A DNA stretch of 64,000 nt from Candidatus Kaiserbacteria bacterium (GCA_016217925.1 JACRFK010000003.1:8364-72363); one strand, 5' to 3'. Numbered from the stretch's first letter, positions 28,322 to 38,130 are shown. Notes: generated from the letters alone by a model not told the origin. Program-made: numbers and translations.

Positions 28322-29281
28322 ATGAAATCCAACGGCGGCGGCTCGTTCGATAATCTCGCCCTCGAGTTTGTCCGTGTGACCGAAGTTGCTGCGATAGCCG
28401 CCGCGAAATGGATCGGCAAAGGAGAAGCGAAGCTCGCCGACAAAGCGGCCGTCGATGCGATGCGCACACAATTCAACACGATAGATTTCTTGGGTGAGAT
28501 AGTAATCGGCGAGGGCGCAAAAGATGAATCACATGAATTGTATATCGGCGAGAAGTTGGGCACGGGCAAAGAACCCGTTGTGGATATCGCTGTCGACCCG
28601 CTTGAGTGCACGGATTCGGTTGCCAACGGTTTTCCCAACGCGCTCACGGTCATCGCGACAGGGCCGAAGGGAAGTTTGTACCACGCTGCCGATTCATACA
28701 TGGACAAGATAGCAGTGGGTCCGGAAGCGGTGGATGTGATAGACCTCGATGCGCCAGTCGCCGACAACATCAGAAAAGTGGCGAAGGCACTCGGCAAAGA
28801 AGTCTCCGAGATAATCATAGCAACACTTGATCGTCCGCGGCACGAGAAGCTCATCGCAGAGGCGCGCGCGGCAGGCGCGCGCGTACGCCTCTTTACCGAC
28901 GGCGATGTCGCGATGGCGCTCGGCACATGCCTTTCGCGCTCAAGCGTCGACATGCTTATGGGTATCGGTGGAAGTTCCGAAGCGGTTCTCGCTGCCGCGG
29001 CGATGCGCTGTCTTGGGGGCGAACTTTTGTGCAGGTGGAAACCGAAGGACGAAAAGCACATTAAGCGTCTGAATGATGCAGGGGTGACAGACTTCTCCAC
29101 GGTATTTAGAGCGCGTGACCTCGCCAAGGGGGACGACATCAGCTTCACCGCAACAGGTGTCGTTTCGGGCCCCTTGGCCGACGGTGTGCTTTTTGCCGCC
29201 GACCACATCGTGACGCACTCGGTCGTTATGTCCACACACCCGCGCAACATCAGATTTATCAAAACTAAGCACATGCAATAA
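28322..29281 (+). CDS. glpX: Fructose-1,6-bisphosphatase class II
   Basis: RVTE.AA, ADKAAVDAMR, VIGEG.KDE, AVDPLE.T, LDRPRH, DGDV, ATGV..G. Confidence 0.96.
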   Translation: MKSNGGGSFDNLALEFVRVTEVAAIAAAKWIGKGEAKLADKAAVDAMRTQFNTIDFLGEIVIGEGAKDESHELYIGEKLGTGKEPVVDIAVDPLECTDSVANGFPNALTVIATGPKGSLYHAADSYMDKIAVGPEAVDVIDLDAPVADNIRKVAKALGKEVSEIIIATLDRPRHEKLIAEARAAGARVRLFTDGDVAMALGTCLSRSSVDMLMGIGGSSEAVLAAAAMRCLGGELLCRWKPKDEKHIKRLNDAGVTDFSTVFRARDLAKGDDISFTATGVVSGPLADGVLFAADHIVTHSVVMSTHPRNIRFIKTKHMQ

Positions 29282-29288
29282 TTTCTAT

Positions 29289-30344
29289 ATGGATATCGAA
29301 CTCTTGAAGAAGACCGCGAAGCAAATGGTCGCTCCGGGGAAGGGCATCCTTGCTGCCGACGAAAGTTCGGGTACGTGCCAAAAACGGTTTGAATCGGTCG
29401 GTGTGCCCTGCACCGAAGAGAATCGCCGTGCGTACCGCGAAACTCTGCTCACCGCAGACGGGCTTGAACAGTACATAAGCGGCGTCATTCTCTACGATGA
29501 GACCATCAGACAGGAGACCAATGAGGGAGAGGCGTTCGCGGCGGTACTCGAAAAGAAGGGCATCCTTCCGGGCATCAAAGTGGACACCGGGGCAAAAGAA
29601 CTGGCTCTCCATCCTGGAGAAAAGGTGACCGAAGGCCTCGACGGGCTCCGCGAGCGGCTTGCCGAGTACAAAACTTTGGGCGCACGTTTCGCCAAATGGC
29701 GTGCCGTCATCACGATAGGCAAAGATTTGCCATCCCCCGCCTGTATCCATGCAAATGCGCACGCAATGGCCCGCTATGCCGCGCTATGCCAAGAGGCCGG
29801 CATCGTGCCCATGGTGGAACCGGAAATACTCATAGACGGCGACCACAACATCGAGCGCTGCTATGAAATATCGACCGCGACTCTGAAGAAGACGTTTGAA
29901 GAACTCGCCGGGCAGGATGTCGCCGTCGAAGGGGTCATCCTCAAAACGAGCATGGTCATCGCGGGGAAACAAGCGAAGTCCGCCGAAGGCGGATCCTCCT
30001 CCGGAGGACAGTCGGGCATGGAGGAAGTCGCGAAGGAAACAATCCGCGCTTTCAAGGAAACGCTGCCCGCGGGGCTCACTGGCGTCGCGTTCCTTTCGGG
30101 CGGACAGACCGACGAGCAGGCGACGGAACACCTGAATGCGATGAATGCGACCGGCAAGCTTCCGTGGCCGCTCTCGTTCTCGTACGGGCGTGCTCTGCAA
30201 AACCCCGTCCTCAAGATTTGGGCCGAAAGTCCGAATGCGAACATCGCGAAGGCACAGGCGGCGCTACTTTTCCGCTCAAAGATGAATTCGCTCGCGACGC
30301 AAGGCAGATACTCAAGCGAGATGGAAAAAGAGCGACCGTACTGA
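29289..30344 (+). CDS. fba: Fructose-bisphosphate aldolase class I
   Basis: GKGILAADES, GIKVDTG, FAKWRAV, VPMVEPE, LK.SMV, FLSGGQ, SFSYGRALQ. Confidence 0.97.
   Translation: MDIELLKKTAKQMVAPGKGILAADESSGTCQKRFESVGVPCTEENRRAYRETLLTADGLEQYISGVILYDETIRQETNEGEAFAAVLEKKGILPGIKVDTGAKELALHPGEKVTEGLDGLRERLAEYKTLGARFAKWRAVITIGKDLPSPACIHANAHAMARYAALCQEAGIVPMVEPEILIDGDHNIERCYEISTATLKKTFEELAGQDVAVEGVILKTSMVIAGKQAKSAEGGSSSGGQSGMEEVAKETIRAFKETLPAGLTGVAFLSGGQTDEQATEHLNAMNATGKLPWPLSFSYGRALQNPVLKIWAESPNANIAKAQAALLFRSKMNSLATQGRYSSEMEKERPY
29979..30008 (+). repeat. 30-bp in-frame double-hairpin insert in fba (SAEGGSSSGG)
   Basis: TCCGCC-GAA-GGCGGA-TCCTCC-TCC-GGAGGA. Confidence 0.85.
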
Positions 30345-30352
30345 ATCGCTGT

Positions 30353-31018
30353 ATGGACCGCAGACGTGAAAGAGCGGCCGGCTGGCTTCTCATCCTGGGG
30401 ACGGTGTGGACCGTCGCCGCTATTTACATTGCGGAGAGCCTCACTCCGAATTACAGCCTCCGGGGAGAAGCGATAAGCGGGCTTGGTTCTACGTATTTCG
30501 CGACCATTGCGTGCATTGCAGGGCGCTGCAACGACATCTATCAACCCGCGTCACTCATTTTTGTTGCCTCCGGAGTAGTCACTGGTGCGCTTCTTCTGTT
30601 CACGGCGCGCAACCTTTCGCACGTACCCGGTAAAAAACAAGTGGCGCGCCTTATCGCACTAATGGGTGCAGGGACACTCGTTCTCAGTTCTTCGTACCTC
30701 CCGCTCTACATGGGTGAGACGTCCCTCAGCTTTTATACGGCGCTCGCGCTGCATTTCGCGAGCTCGATATTCCTGGTCGGCGTCGCGGCGTTCCTTGCCC
30801 TTCGCGCAGACGTGTTTGCGAAGCCGTGGCAGAAGCTAACTTCGCGGACGATGGGTGTGGTAATCGTAGTTGCGGTGCCTTTGTATACCTATATGGCCGT
30901 CGTAAATTCTCTCTGGGGCCCCGGATTTGGCGGAGTGGAACGCATCGGCTTCTACACAATTTTTCTGTGGTTCGTGATGTACGGCGTGTATCTCCTGAAC
31001 GCATCAAGGCGCAGTTAA
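30353..31018 (+). CDS. DUF998-like membrane protein
   Basis: P.YS....IS.LG, several TM helices, G.GG.ER. Confidence 0.75.
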   Translation: MDRRRERAAGWLLILGTVWTVAAIYIAESLTPNYSLRGEAISGLGSTYFATIACIAGRCNDIYQPASLIFVASGVVTGALLLFTARNLSHVPGKKQVARLIALMGAGTLVLSSSYLPLYMGETSLSFYTALALHFASSIFLVGVAAFLALRADVFAKPWQKLTSRTMGVVIVVAVPLYTYMAVVNSLWGPGFGGVERIGFYTIFLWFVMYGVYLLNASRRS

Positions 31019-31024
31019 CTTTTG

Positions 31025-31095
31025 TGGACTTACCGGGAATCGAACCCGGGCCTCGTCAATGCGAATGACGCGTAATACCACTTTACTATAAGCCC
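31025..31095 (-). tRNA. tRNA-Ala(CGC)
   Basis: G3:U70 pair, arm CGTCA-TTCGCAT-TGACG, GGTTCGATTCC. Confidence 0.95.
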
Positions 31096-31144
31096 GTATA
31101 CAACGGACCCGTGCGGAGAAATATAACAGATACAACGTATTCAC

Positions 31145-31615
31145 TCAATTCAACAGCCAGACGCCCATGGTCAGATATCCGGCAAAAATGATCCAGAGCA
31201 AATATGCCGCCATCAAATATACGGCGCGGCGGTCAATGTCGGCTGCACTTGCAGTGAGCGCGAGAACGATCGCTCCCAGGAACAAGATGTCTACGAAGGC
31301 AATAAAGGGAGAATGGAACCCAAAGAAAAACATCGTGTAACACGTACTGAAAAGTAGCTGTATGAAGAAGAAGCGCACCCATCCGGCAGTGTGGGCTGCG
31401 GGGAATTTTCTCGTCCACACAATGGCGAGTGCTGCGGCCGTCATACCGTAAAGGATCAGCCAGACAATGGTAAATGTAGTGTCTGATGGTGTGAAAGAGG
31501 GCTTATTGAGATTGGCGTACCAACTCGAGTCTCCGACATCTACGAAGAGAAATCCAATAAGGCCTGAGCCGTAAGAGGCGAGGAGGGCGATCAACACCCG
31601 AACGAGTCGGCCCAT
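31145..31615 (-). CDS. tspO: TspO/MBR family protein
   Basis: WY..L.KPSF.P, F..VW..LY, FFG, YL.W..FA..L. Confidence 0.9.
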   Translation of the reverse strand: MGRLVRVLIALLASYGSGLIGFLFVDVGDSSWYANLNKPSFTPSDTTFTIVWLILYGMTAAALAIVWTRKFPAAHTAGWVRFFFIQLLFSTCYTMFFFGFHSPFIAFVDILFLGAIVLALTASAADIDRRAVYLMAAYLLWIIFAGYLTMGVWLLN

Positions 31616-31684
31616 ACAGCCTCAGCATATGCCCCTCATATTTCTGCGCTATTATGGTTATCCACACCTAAAGAGTGACACTGA

Positions 31685-31755
31685 TCGGGCCGCCGAGAAT
31701 CGAACTCGGGCTACAAGACCCCCAGCCTTGCGTACTGCCACTATACGACGGCCCG
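31685..31755 (-). tRNA. tRNA-Pro(GGG)
   Basis: CGGGCCG/CGGCCCG acceptor, arm CAAGG-CTGGGGG-TCTTG. Confidence 0.93.
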
Positions 31756-31774
31756 CGCTCGATAAAGTCTCTTG

Positions 31775-31845
31775 TCGGGCCGCCGGGAATCGAACCCGGT
31801 CTTTACGAACCCGAATCGCACGTACTACCGGTATACTACGGCCCG
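31775..31845 (-). tRNA. tRNA-Pro(CGG)
   Basis: CGGGCCG/CGGCCCG acceptor, arm TGCGA-TTCGGGT-TCGTA. Confidence 0.93.
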
Positions 31846-32010
31846 GCAAAAGACTTCATCGATACTCACATGCAAGGTGGTCACAAATATTTCCTCGCCG
31901 TCGCTCGGAAATTTCGCGACCCCGGCTCGCGGTCGCGCGTACTCGCGCGACATCGCTCCGCCCTGCACAGCGCGGGCAAATGTGCCGTAGGGCACATTTT
32001 CCCGTCGCTG

Positions 32011-32084
32011 TGCACCTTTCAGGATTCGAACCTGAGACCTTTCGAATGTGAATCGAACGCTCTAACCAACTGAGCTAAAGGTGC
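32011..32084 (-). tRNA. tRNA-Val(CAC)
   Basis: GCACCTT/AAGGTGC acceptor, arm TTCGA-TTCACAT-TCGAA. Confidence 0.95.
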
Positions 32085-32105
32085 GTCCCGCATCCGTTAA
32101 CACTG

Positions 32106-32150
32106 AGCCCCGACGCTTACGGTCGGGGCCCCGACTGAAACGTCGGGGCT
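32106..32150. repeat. CCCGAC/GTCGGG double-hairpin palindrome
   Basis: AGCCCCGACG-CTTAC-GGTCGGGGCCCCGACT-GAAA-CGTCGGGGCT; same architecture at 42368-42412. Confidence 0.8.
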
Positions 32151-32289
32151 AAAGGTGCGTTGTGGGATTATAACGGCTAGCGAGTCGAACCGCGAGTGCT
32201 TGCACTCATGGTCGGCGAGCGAAGACGTTATATGGTACTCCATATAACGGGTGGCGGGTAAACGGGGAAGCTGGTATACTTTATTCTCA

Positions 32290-33246
32290 ATGGAGTACAA
32301 GATCTTCAGCCTGGGGGCAAACGATGAGCTCGCGAAGAAAATAGCTGCGCGCCTCGGGATGCCTCTCGGAGAGATCAAATGCCGCTCGTTCAGCGATGGC
32401 GAACAGCAAGTGCAATTTTTGGAGAACTTGCGCGGGAAAGACGTGTTCCTCATCCAGCCGACGAATCCTCCTGCCGAGAACTGGGTACGTCTTCTTCTTG
32501 CGATTGACGCTGCGCGCAACGCGTCGGCACGCGAGGTTACCGCTGTCGTTCCGTACTTCGGTTACTCGCGCCAAGACCGCAAGTCAAAACCCCGTGAACC
32601 GATCTCGGCAAGCGTCTTTGCAAAGACGCTTGAAGGTGTCGGTGCCACCCGACTGCTCACGATGGATCTTCACAATGACGCCATCGGTGGTTTTTTCCGG
32701 CGCACCATCGTGGACAATCTCTACGCTCGACGGGTCTTCATTTCTCATTTTCGCGATGTATTCAAAGACGCGCTTGCTGCTGACGATCTCGTCGTTGTCT
32801 CACCCGACGCGGGCGGTGTCGTCCGCGCTCAATCGTACGCCAAGCGGCTCATGAAGTCAGCCGACCTTGCCATCATCCACAAAGAGCGCGAGATACCCAA
32901 TCAGATAGCGCGCATGAAGCTTATCGGAGACGTGAAGGGGAAAATCGCGCTCATCACAGACGACATGGCGGATACCTGCGGTACCTTGGCACGCGCATCC
33001 GCGCTTCTCATGGAAAATGGCGCAAAAGAAGTGTACGCGATGGCAACACACGGAGTCCTCTCGGGTGAGGCAATGAAGACCCTCGAGGCCTCTCCCATCA
33101 AGAAGCTCTTCATCACCGATACGATAAACGGCAATCGCGAGCTAGGGACAAAGATAGAGGTCGTGTCGGTAGGCGACACCTTCGGCGACGCCATAGAGCG
33201 CATTGAATCGGGGGAGTCGCTCAGCGCTCTATTTGAAACCGAATAG
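32290..33246 (+). CDS. prs: Ribose-phosphate pyrophosphokinase
   Basis: FSDGE, PYFGYSRQDRK, MDLH, VSPDAGG, DDMADTCGT, ATHG.LSG. Confidence 0.97.
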   Translation: MEYKIFSLGANDELAKKIAARLGMPLGEIKCRSFSDGEQQVQFLENLRGKDVFLIQPTNPPAENWVRLLLAIDAARNASAREVTAVVPYFGYSRQDRKSKPREPISASVFAKTLEGVGATRLLTMDLHNDAIGGFFRRTIVDNLYARRVFISHFRDVFKDALAADDLVVVSPDAGGVVRAQSYAKRLMKSADLAIIHKEREIPNQIARMKLIGDVKGKIALITDDMADTCGTLARASALLMENGAKEVYAMATHGVLSGEAMKTLEASPIKKLFITDTINGNRELGTKIEVVSVGDTFGDAIERIESGESLSALFETE

Positions 33247-33339
33247 GTGAATGCTAAGGTAGAACGCATCGCTCCCATATTTCATATGGAAGCGGCGTTC
33301 AGGGAAAGTGAATGCTTGCATTCACTTTGCCCCTCACTT

Positions 33340-33411
33340 GCTCCCATAGTTTAATGGATAGAACGTAAGCTTCCGGAGCTTATGATCGAGGTTCGATTCC
33401 TCGTGGGAGCA
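33340..33411 (+). tRNA. tRNA-Arg(CCG)
   Basis: GCTCCCA/TGGGAGC acceptor, arm TAAGC-TTCCGGA-GCTTA. Confidence 0.95.
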
Positions 33412-33461
33412 CAAACGATTGCTCGCGTTGACGTTTTTGTTTTGTTAAGATGCTCCGCGAC

Positions 33462-33534
33462 GGGCCATTAGCTCACTTGGTAGAGCGCTTCCATGGCATG
33501 GAAGAGGTAACCGGTTCGATTCCGGTATGGTCCA
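33462..33534 (+). tRNA. tRNA-Ala(GGC)
   Basis: GGGCCAT/ATGGTCC with G3:U70, arm CTTCC-ATGGCAT-GGAAG. Confidence 0.96.
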
Positions 33535-33595
33535 CAAAAAGCAAAGCTCTAGACGGCGCCGACCGGAGGTGTATTATCTCTCCGCCGCCGGAGCT

Positions 33596-34126
33596 ATGAA
33601 AGTGTCAACTATCAACCTGGTACTGACGGCGATGATCTGCATTTTCCTGGTTCTCATCGTTGTCTCCTCCCTCCCAAAGACCTCTGTGACCGCACCGGTC
33701 ACTATTTCCACTTCCACCCGGCCGGGTTGGAGTGTTTACACGAGCAAGCGGTACAATTTCACTTTTGAATATCCCGAGGGTTACAGGGTCGAGGAACGGG
33801 TCGGCGGTTTTTTCGTCATCTCCGCGCCCGATGAGCGTACACCACAAAGCGGTATAAGCATCGATATGCGGTCGCAAGGTCTTTTCGCCACGTATTCGGA
33901 GGCGCTCGAACAGGTCGAACGTTCTCTCACGTTGTCGAGCGATATGAATGTCGGAAGCTGGCGCGTCTTTACGGGTGTCGGCAAGGAGGGCATGATGTCC
34001 GGTATTGAATTTAAGCAGGCGGTCATGCGGATCGCGTCGGGCGCCGTCGTTGCAGAGACCATCAACAGGGAGCCGTATAAAAGTATATTCAACGACGTCG
34101 TCGGGTCGTTCAAATTGGTAAGGTAG
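33596..34126 (+). CDS. Membrane-anchored hypothetical protein (PsbP-like motif)
   Basis: N-terminal TM, W..Y....Y.F.F.YP..Y.V, ends in F...V.SFK. Confidence 0.65.
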   Translation: MKVSTINLVLTAMICIFLVLIVVSSLPKTSVTAPVTISTSTRPGWSVYTSKRYNFTFEYPEGYRVEERVGGFFVISAPDERTPQSGISIDMRSQGLFATYSEALEQVERSLTLSSDMNVGSWRVFTGVGKEGMMSGIEFKQAVMRIASGAVVAETINREPYKSIFNDVVGSFKLVR

Positions 34127-34189
34127 AGCGCCTTTCACTTATCAGCATCCCCTGATATACAATTTCTTCCACCCCTTTATACTGTTTCC

Positions 34190-34774
34190 ATGGAAGCCGC
34201 TCGCAAGATCTTCGTACTCGTGGGGCACACCTGCCTCGACGGATTTACGGGGGAGCTTGCCGACGCCTATGAAAAAGCGGCACGCGCCGCGGGTCATGAG
34301 GTCAAACGGTTGAACCTCGGCGAGTTGCGGTTCGATCCGATCCTCCACAAAGGATACGAAAAAATCCAGCCTCTTGAGCCCGATCTCGTCTCGGTGCAGG
34401 AAAACATACGCTGGGCCGATCATCTGATCATCCTGTACCCCAACTGGTGGATAAGTATGCCTGCCATCCTCAAGGGCATGTTCGACCGAATATGGCTTCC
34501 TGGCTTTGCGTTTCATTTTGACAAAGCAACTCACGACGTTATAGAATTGCTGAAGGGAAAGACTGCGCGCGTCATCGTCGTTGATGGTGCACATAGCCCA
34601 TTTATGACCCGGCTCAAGTACGGCGATTATACGAACGAGATATCGCGGGGGATTCTTGGTTTTTCGGGTATGAGTGTACAGGTGACGACCATGGGTCCGT
34701 GTGAACATCCGGATCCAAAGAAGCACGACGAGTGGGTAGCGCAAGTGCGAGAACTTGGTTCACAAGGTATATGA
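34190..34774 (+). CDS. NAD(P)H-dependent oxidoreductase, flavodoxin-2 fold
   Basis: GH, FDP.L..GY, LEPDL, YPNWW..MPA.LKG.FDR...PGFAF. Confidence 0.9.
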   Translation: MEAARKIFVLVGHTCLDGFTGELADAYEKAARAAGHEVKRLNLGELRFDPILHKGYEKIQPLEPDLVSVQENIRWADHLIILYPNWWISMPAILKGMFDRIWLPGFAFHFDKATHDVIELLKGKTARVIVVDGAHSPFMTRLKYGDYTNEISRGILGFSGMSVQVTTMGPCEHPDPKKHDEWVAQVRELGSQGI

Positions 34775-35274
34775 CAGTAATGAAATTCTTGATACTCATG
34801 CATGTGATAGGCACTGTCCTTGGCGTCGGCGCTGCGACGTTTGCCGAGATTTTCTACACGCGTTTCAACAGTGACAACATCATCAACGACGACGAACGCA
34901 AAACGCTCGCGGTGACTTACACCGTAATGCGGACGGGCCTCTTCCTACTTGTCATTTCAGGTTTTGGGTTCCTCCTCTACTTCCGGCTCACCGAGCACGT
35001 AGGGATTTTCAGCAGCCCGTCCTTCTGGGCAAAAATGACCGTGGTCGCAGTATTGGTCTGTAATTCGCTTCTGCTACAAGCACGTCTGATGCCGTTCCTT
35101 ATCGGTACCGCCGTATCGCTCACTTCGTGGTACGCCGCGCTCACGCTGGGCGTCCTCGGCAAGATTAGTGCGTCCTATTTTGAAATACTCGCATACTACG
35201 CAGTTGCCATGGTAGTCGTCACTCTCGGATTATGGTGGATACGCACCCACCTGCACGGGCCTAAAAAAGTATGA
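34771..35274 (+). CDS. Multi-pass membrane protein, hypothetical
   Basis: About 5 TM helices, MHVIG..LG.G.A; ATGA-coupled to the upstream gene. Confidence 0.75.
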   Translation: MTVMKFLILMHVIGTVLGVGAATFAEIFYTRFNSDNIINDDERKTLAVTYTVMRTGLFLLVISGFGFLLYFRLTEHVGIFSSPSFWAKMTVVAVLVCNSLLLQARLMPFLIGTAVSLTSWYAALTLGVLGKISASYFEILAYYAVAMVVVTLGLWWIRTHLHGPKKV

Positions 35275-35717
35275 CGACCACACTTGCCGCCCTGCTCATC
35301 ATTCACGTCATTGGCGGTGTTATCGCGATTGGTATCCACAATGTCATCCTCATGCACCTCCTCAAGAAAACACCCAACTACGTTTTCATCTCGCGTCTTG
35401 CGTGGTCGGCTGTGGCGCTCTTTTTGCTTTCGTGGGCGACATCTGCCTACTACTACGTGATGTACTATGGCACGGCTGTCAAACCGCGTATACTCGCGGG
35501 CGATGCGCCATTCGCACACACTTTTTTTATGGAGACAAAAGAGCACATCTTTCTTTTGCTTCCGTTCGTGGCTATCTCGATCGCGCTGTGTACTTCGTAT
35601 CTACGTGCCAATCCTGATGACGGACTCCGAAAAAGCACGGCATTCTTAACGTTAATAGCGCTTGGTATCGGTGTGGCGACCGCCGTATCCGGCATGCTCG
35701 TCTCCGGCTCAATATGA
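35271..35717 (+). CDS. His-rich 4-TM membrane protein, hypothetical
   Basis: IHVIGG, YY...YG..VKP.I, FAH.FFMETKEHIF; ATGA-coupled. Confidence 0.75.
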   Translation: MTTTLAALLIIHVIGGVIAIGIHNVILMHLLKKTPNYVFISRLAWSAVALFLLSWATSAYYYVMYYGTAVKPRILAGDAPFAHTFFMETKEHIFLLLPFVAISIALCTSYLRANPDDGLRKSTAFLTLIALGIGVATAVSGMLVSGSI

Positions 35718-36034
35718 ATCACTCGGAATTAACGGCATGGGTACGTTCAGTTGCGATAGCGGCCATCGTCGCGGGCCTCATGCTTGCCGTACTCATCGTT
35801 GCTGCGGAAGAGATACCCACATTGAAGAATTGGCTCAAGGCAACCTTCTATCACCACTGGCTCGGCAAGGGAGCTCTCGCGCTCGGTTTATTCGCCATTG
35901 TGAGCGTTGCCCTCTCGAAACAGCGCAGTGCGACGCGACTTTCCACCGTTATATTCTACGAGGCCGTTGCCGTGTGCGTTTCGGTCGGTATTATCACTGG
36001 ATTCTTTTTACTCCACACGCTCAAGCTCGTGTAG
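35714..36034 (+). CDS. 3-TM membrane protein, hypothetical
   Basis: LK.WL...F.HHW.GK; ATGA-coupled. Confidence 0.7.
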   Translation: MNHSELTAWVRSVAIAAIVAGLMLAVLIVAAEEIPTLKNWLKATFYHHWLGKGALALGLFAIVSVALSKQRSATRLSTVIFYEAVAVCVSVGIITGFFLLHTLKLV

Positions 36035-37694
36035 CCGCCGGAGGCAATACCACGGGACGCATCATCCAGTGCTCGATGTCCTCTAGCGTGCCGCCTACTT
36101 TCTTGCCGGGATTGAAAATGTTTTGCGGGTCAAAGATACGCTTGGTCTCTGCGAATAACGCAAGGATTTCCGGAGAATACATCATCGATAGGAACGGCGT
36201 ACGTATAATGCCGTCGCCATGTTCGCCCGTAATCGAACCCTTATACTTTGCCACCAGCTCGTAGATTTTGGGCGTGAGCTCCATGATGGCTTTGCGGTGC
36301 GCGGGATTTCCGAGGTTGACGAGGGGGATGATGTGGAAATTGGCATCGCCGATATGGCCCGCTATCGTGTGCATCAGGTCGTATTGCGCGAGAAGGGCGC
36401 TCAACTCCGGCAGAAATCGCGGGTAGTCGTCGGGGTGGACGACGATGTCGTCTATGAACGGCGCGGCGTGCAGACCATGCACGTGCTTGCGCAAGAGCGC
36501 GAAGCTTTCGCGGCGTATCTTCCAGTATTTCTTTTCCATCGTTCCGAGCGCGAATTGCGTGCGCACGGAGAGGTCCGCAAGCGCCGCCTGCGCCTTGTGG
36601 GCTTTGCCCTGTGCCTCCTCGTCAGTATCCTCAGCGAATTCCGCAAGTAGGACGAGCTGGGGCACCCGCCGCGTCCAAAGCGCCCAGACTTCCGGCACGA
36701 ATGCCATAGCAAGCGAAATTGTCTGCTTGAAATTCAAGTGCTTGAGGAATTCGTACCCGTAGCGGGCGGCGAGTTTGAACGTGTGGTCGTCGTACGACTC
36801 AAATGACTCGGGGCCGAATTCGCGGACACGCCGCACGATTTCGGGCAGTTTCCCCATGTCGGAAAGGAAAATGACGAGCATGGCGTGATGAGGCTTGGTC
36901 TTTACGAGCGAAACGCGGGCTTTGGTAATGATGCCGAGCGTGCCCTGTGAGCCGACGAGAAGCTTGGTGAGGTCGAAAGTGCCGCGTTTCCGGTCCGCCA
37001 CGTTCCATAACGCGTAGCCCGCCGAATTTTTCGTCACGTTCGGGCGCGCCGCCTCGATAACCTCTCCGCTATGCGTGAGAAGCTCATCCACACGGCGGTA
37101 TATCTCTCCTTCGAGCGTCTGCTGCTCTTTCTTGTCCTCCAGCCCCGCAGCCGAGAGCGCGCGAAACGTCGCCTGCGAGCCGTCGGCGAGTACCACGTCG
37201 AGCTCTTGCACGTACGCGTCCATTTTGCCGTACCGCAAAGTCAATTCGCCGCCGGCGTTGTCCGCTATCATGCCGCCGAGCGCGCACATCTCGCGTGATG
37301 CGGGGTAGGGCGGCAGTATCGAGCCGTTCTTTGCGAGCGTCAGTTTTTCAAAATCACGATAGTACATGCCCGGTTCGGCGACGGCGAAATCCGTCCCGAC
37401 CTCGTGCATCGCATTCATATACTTCGTAAAAGAAACCACCACGGAATCGGTGAGAGGGCCGCCCGACATGTCGGTCCCGGCGGCGCGTGCCGTGAGAGAG
37501 ATATCCTCGCCGCGCTTCTTTGCTTCGGCTGCGAATCGTACAAGTGCCACCACGTCGTCGGCGTCTTTGGGCGAGACGACGAGCGAGGGTTTGCGCTCGA
37601 AAATGCTCGTATCGCGGCTGAATTTCTTGAGAGTTTCGGGATCGTTTTCTGCGTCGCCTTTAATGAGCGGGGCTATCGCGGCGCGTAAATCCAT
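36021..37694 (-). CDS. FAD-linked oxidoreductase (GlcD/D-lactate dehydrogenase family)
   Basis: R.AGT..SGG, GGMIA.NAGG, GSQGTLG, AGH.GD.N.H, GEHGDG..R, FDP..IFNPGK. Confidence 0.92.
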   Translation of the reverse strand: MDLRAAIAPLIKGDAENDPETLKKFSRDTSIFERKPSLVVSPKDADDVVALVRFAAEAKKRGEDISLTARAAGTDMSGGPLTDSVVVSFTKYMNAMHEVGTDFAVAEPGMYYRDFEKLTLAKNGSILPPYPASREMCALGGMIADNAGGELTLRYGKMDAYVQELDVVLADGSQATFRALSAAGLEDKKEQQTLEGEIYRRVDELLTHSGEVIEAARPNVTKNSAGYALWNVADRKRGTFDLTKLLVGSQGTLGIITKARVSLVKTKPHHAMLVIFLSDMGKLPEIVRRVREFGPESFESYDDHTFKLAARYGYEFLKHLNFKQTISLAMAFVPEVWALWTRRVPQLVLLAEFAEDTDEEAQGKAHKAQAALADLSVRTQFALGTMEKKYWKIRRESFALLRKHVHGLHAAPFIDDIVVHPDDYPRFLPELSALLAQYDLMHTIAGHIGDANFHIIPLVNLGNPAHRKAIMELTPKIYELVAKYKGSITGEHGDGIIRTPFLSMMYSPEILALFAETKRIFDPQNIFNPGKKVGGTLEDIEHWMMRPVVLPPAATRA

Positions 37695-37711
37695 CGGGAT
37701 AGTATATCATT

Positions 37712-38050
37712 TCAATCTTCCACGGCTTGAAGCAGGTGCAGGAGTCGTAACAACCGGACGAGCCGGAGCGACTGTGTAAGCGGCGTTGTGACGGGAATGG
37801 CGGCGAGCAGCACCCATGAGTGGTATTTGAGGAACGTCATTCTGTCTTTTGCGAGAAAAAGCTTGACCCCGAACTCCGCGAGAAATATCAGGGCAATGAC
37901 GAGGTCGATGATGTTGAATACAAAGATTTGATACGGCGAGAGGCCGTCCGTCAGTTCGCGGATCAACATATAACCGCTCACGAGCGCGAGCGAGCCCATG
38001 ACCATCTCGAGCCACAAATGATGGCGGGAGACTTTCTTCTTTGCGACCAT
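37712..38050 (-). CDS. Stand-alone ion-transport (voltage-sensor-like S1-S4) protein
   Basis: D..I..IFLAEF..K, D..FL....W, S4-like LRLVRLLRLLH; no pore helices. Confidence 0.65.
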   Translation of the reverse strand: MVAKKKVSRHHLWLEMVMGSLALVSGYMLIRELTDGLSPYQIFVFNIIDLVIALIFLAEFGVKLFLAKDRMTFLKYHSWVLLAAIPVTTPLTQSLRLVRLLRLLHLLQAVED

Positions 38051-38130
38051 ACGCTACAGCGTACTACACAACCGGCGCGATTTTTGGATTATCAACTCCG
38101 CTCCGTGGTTTGTCGAAGGAAAAAAGGAGA

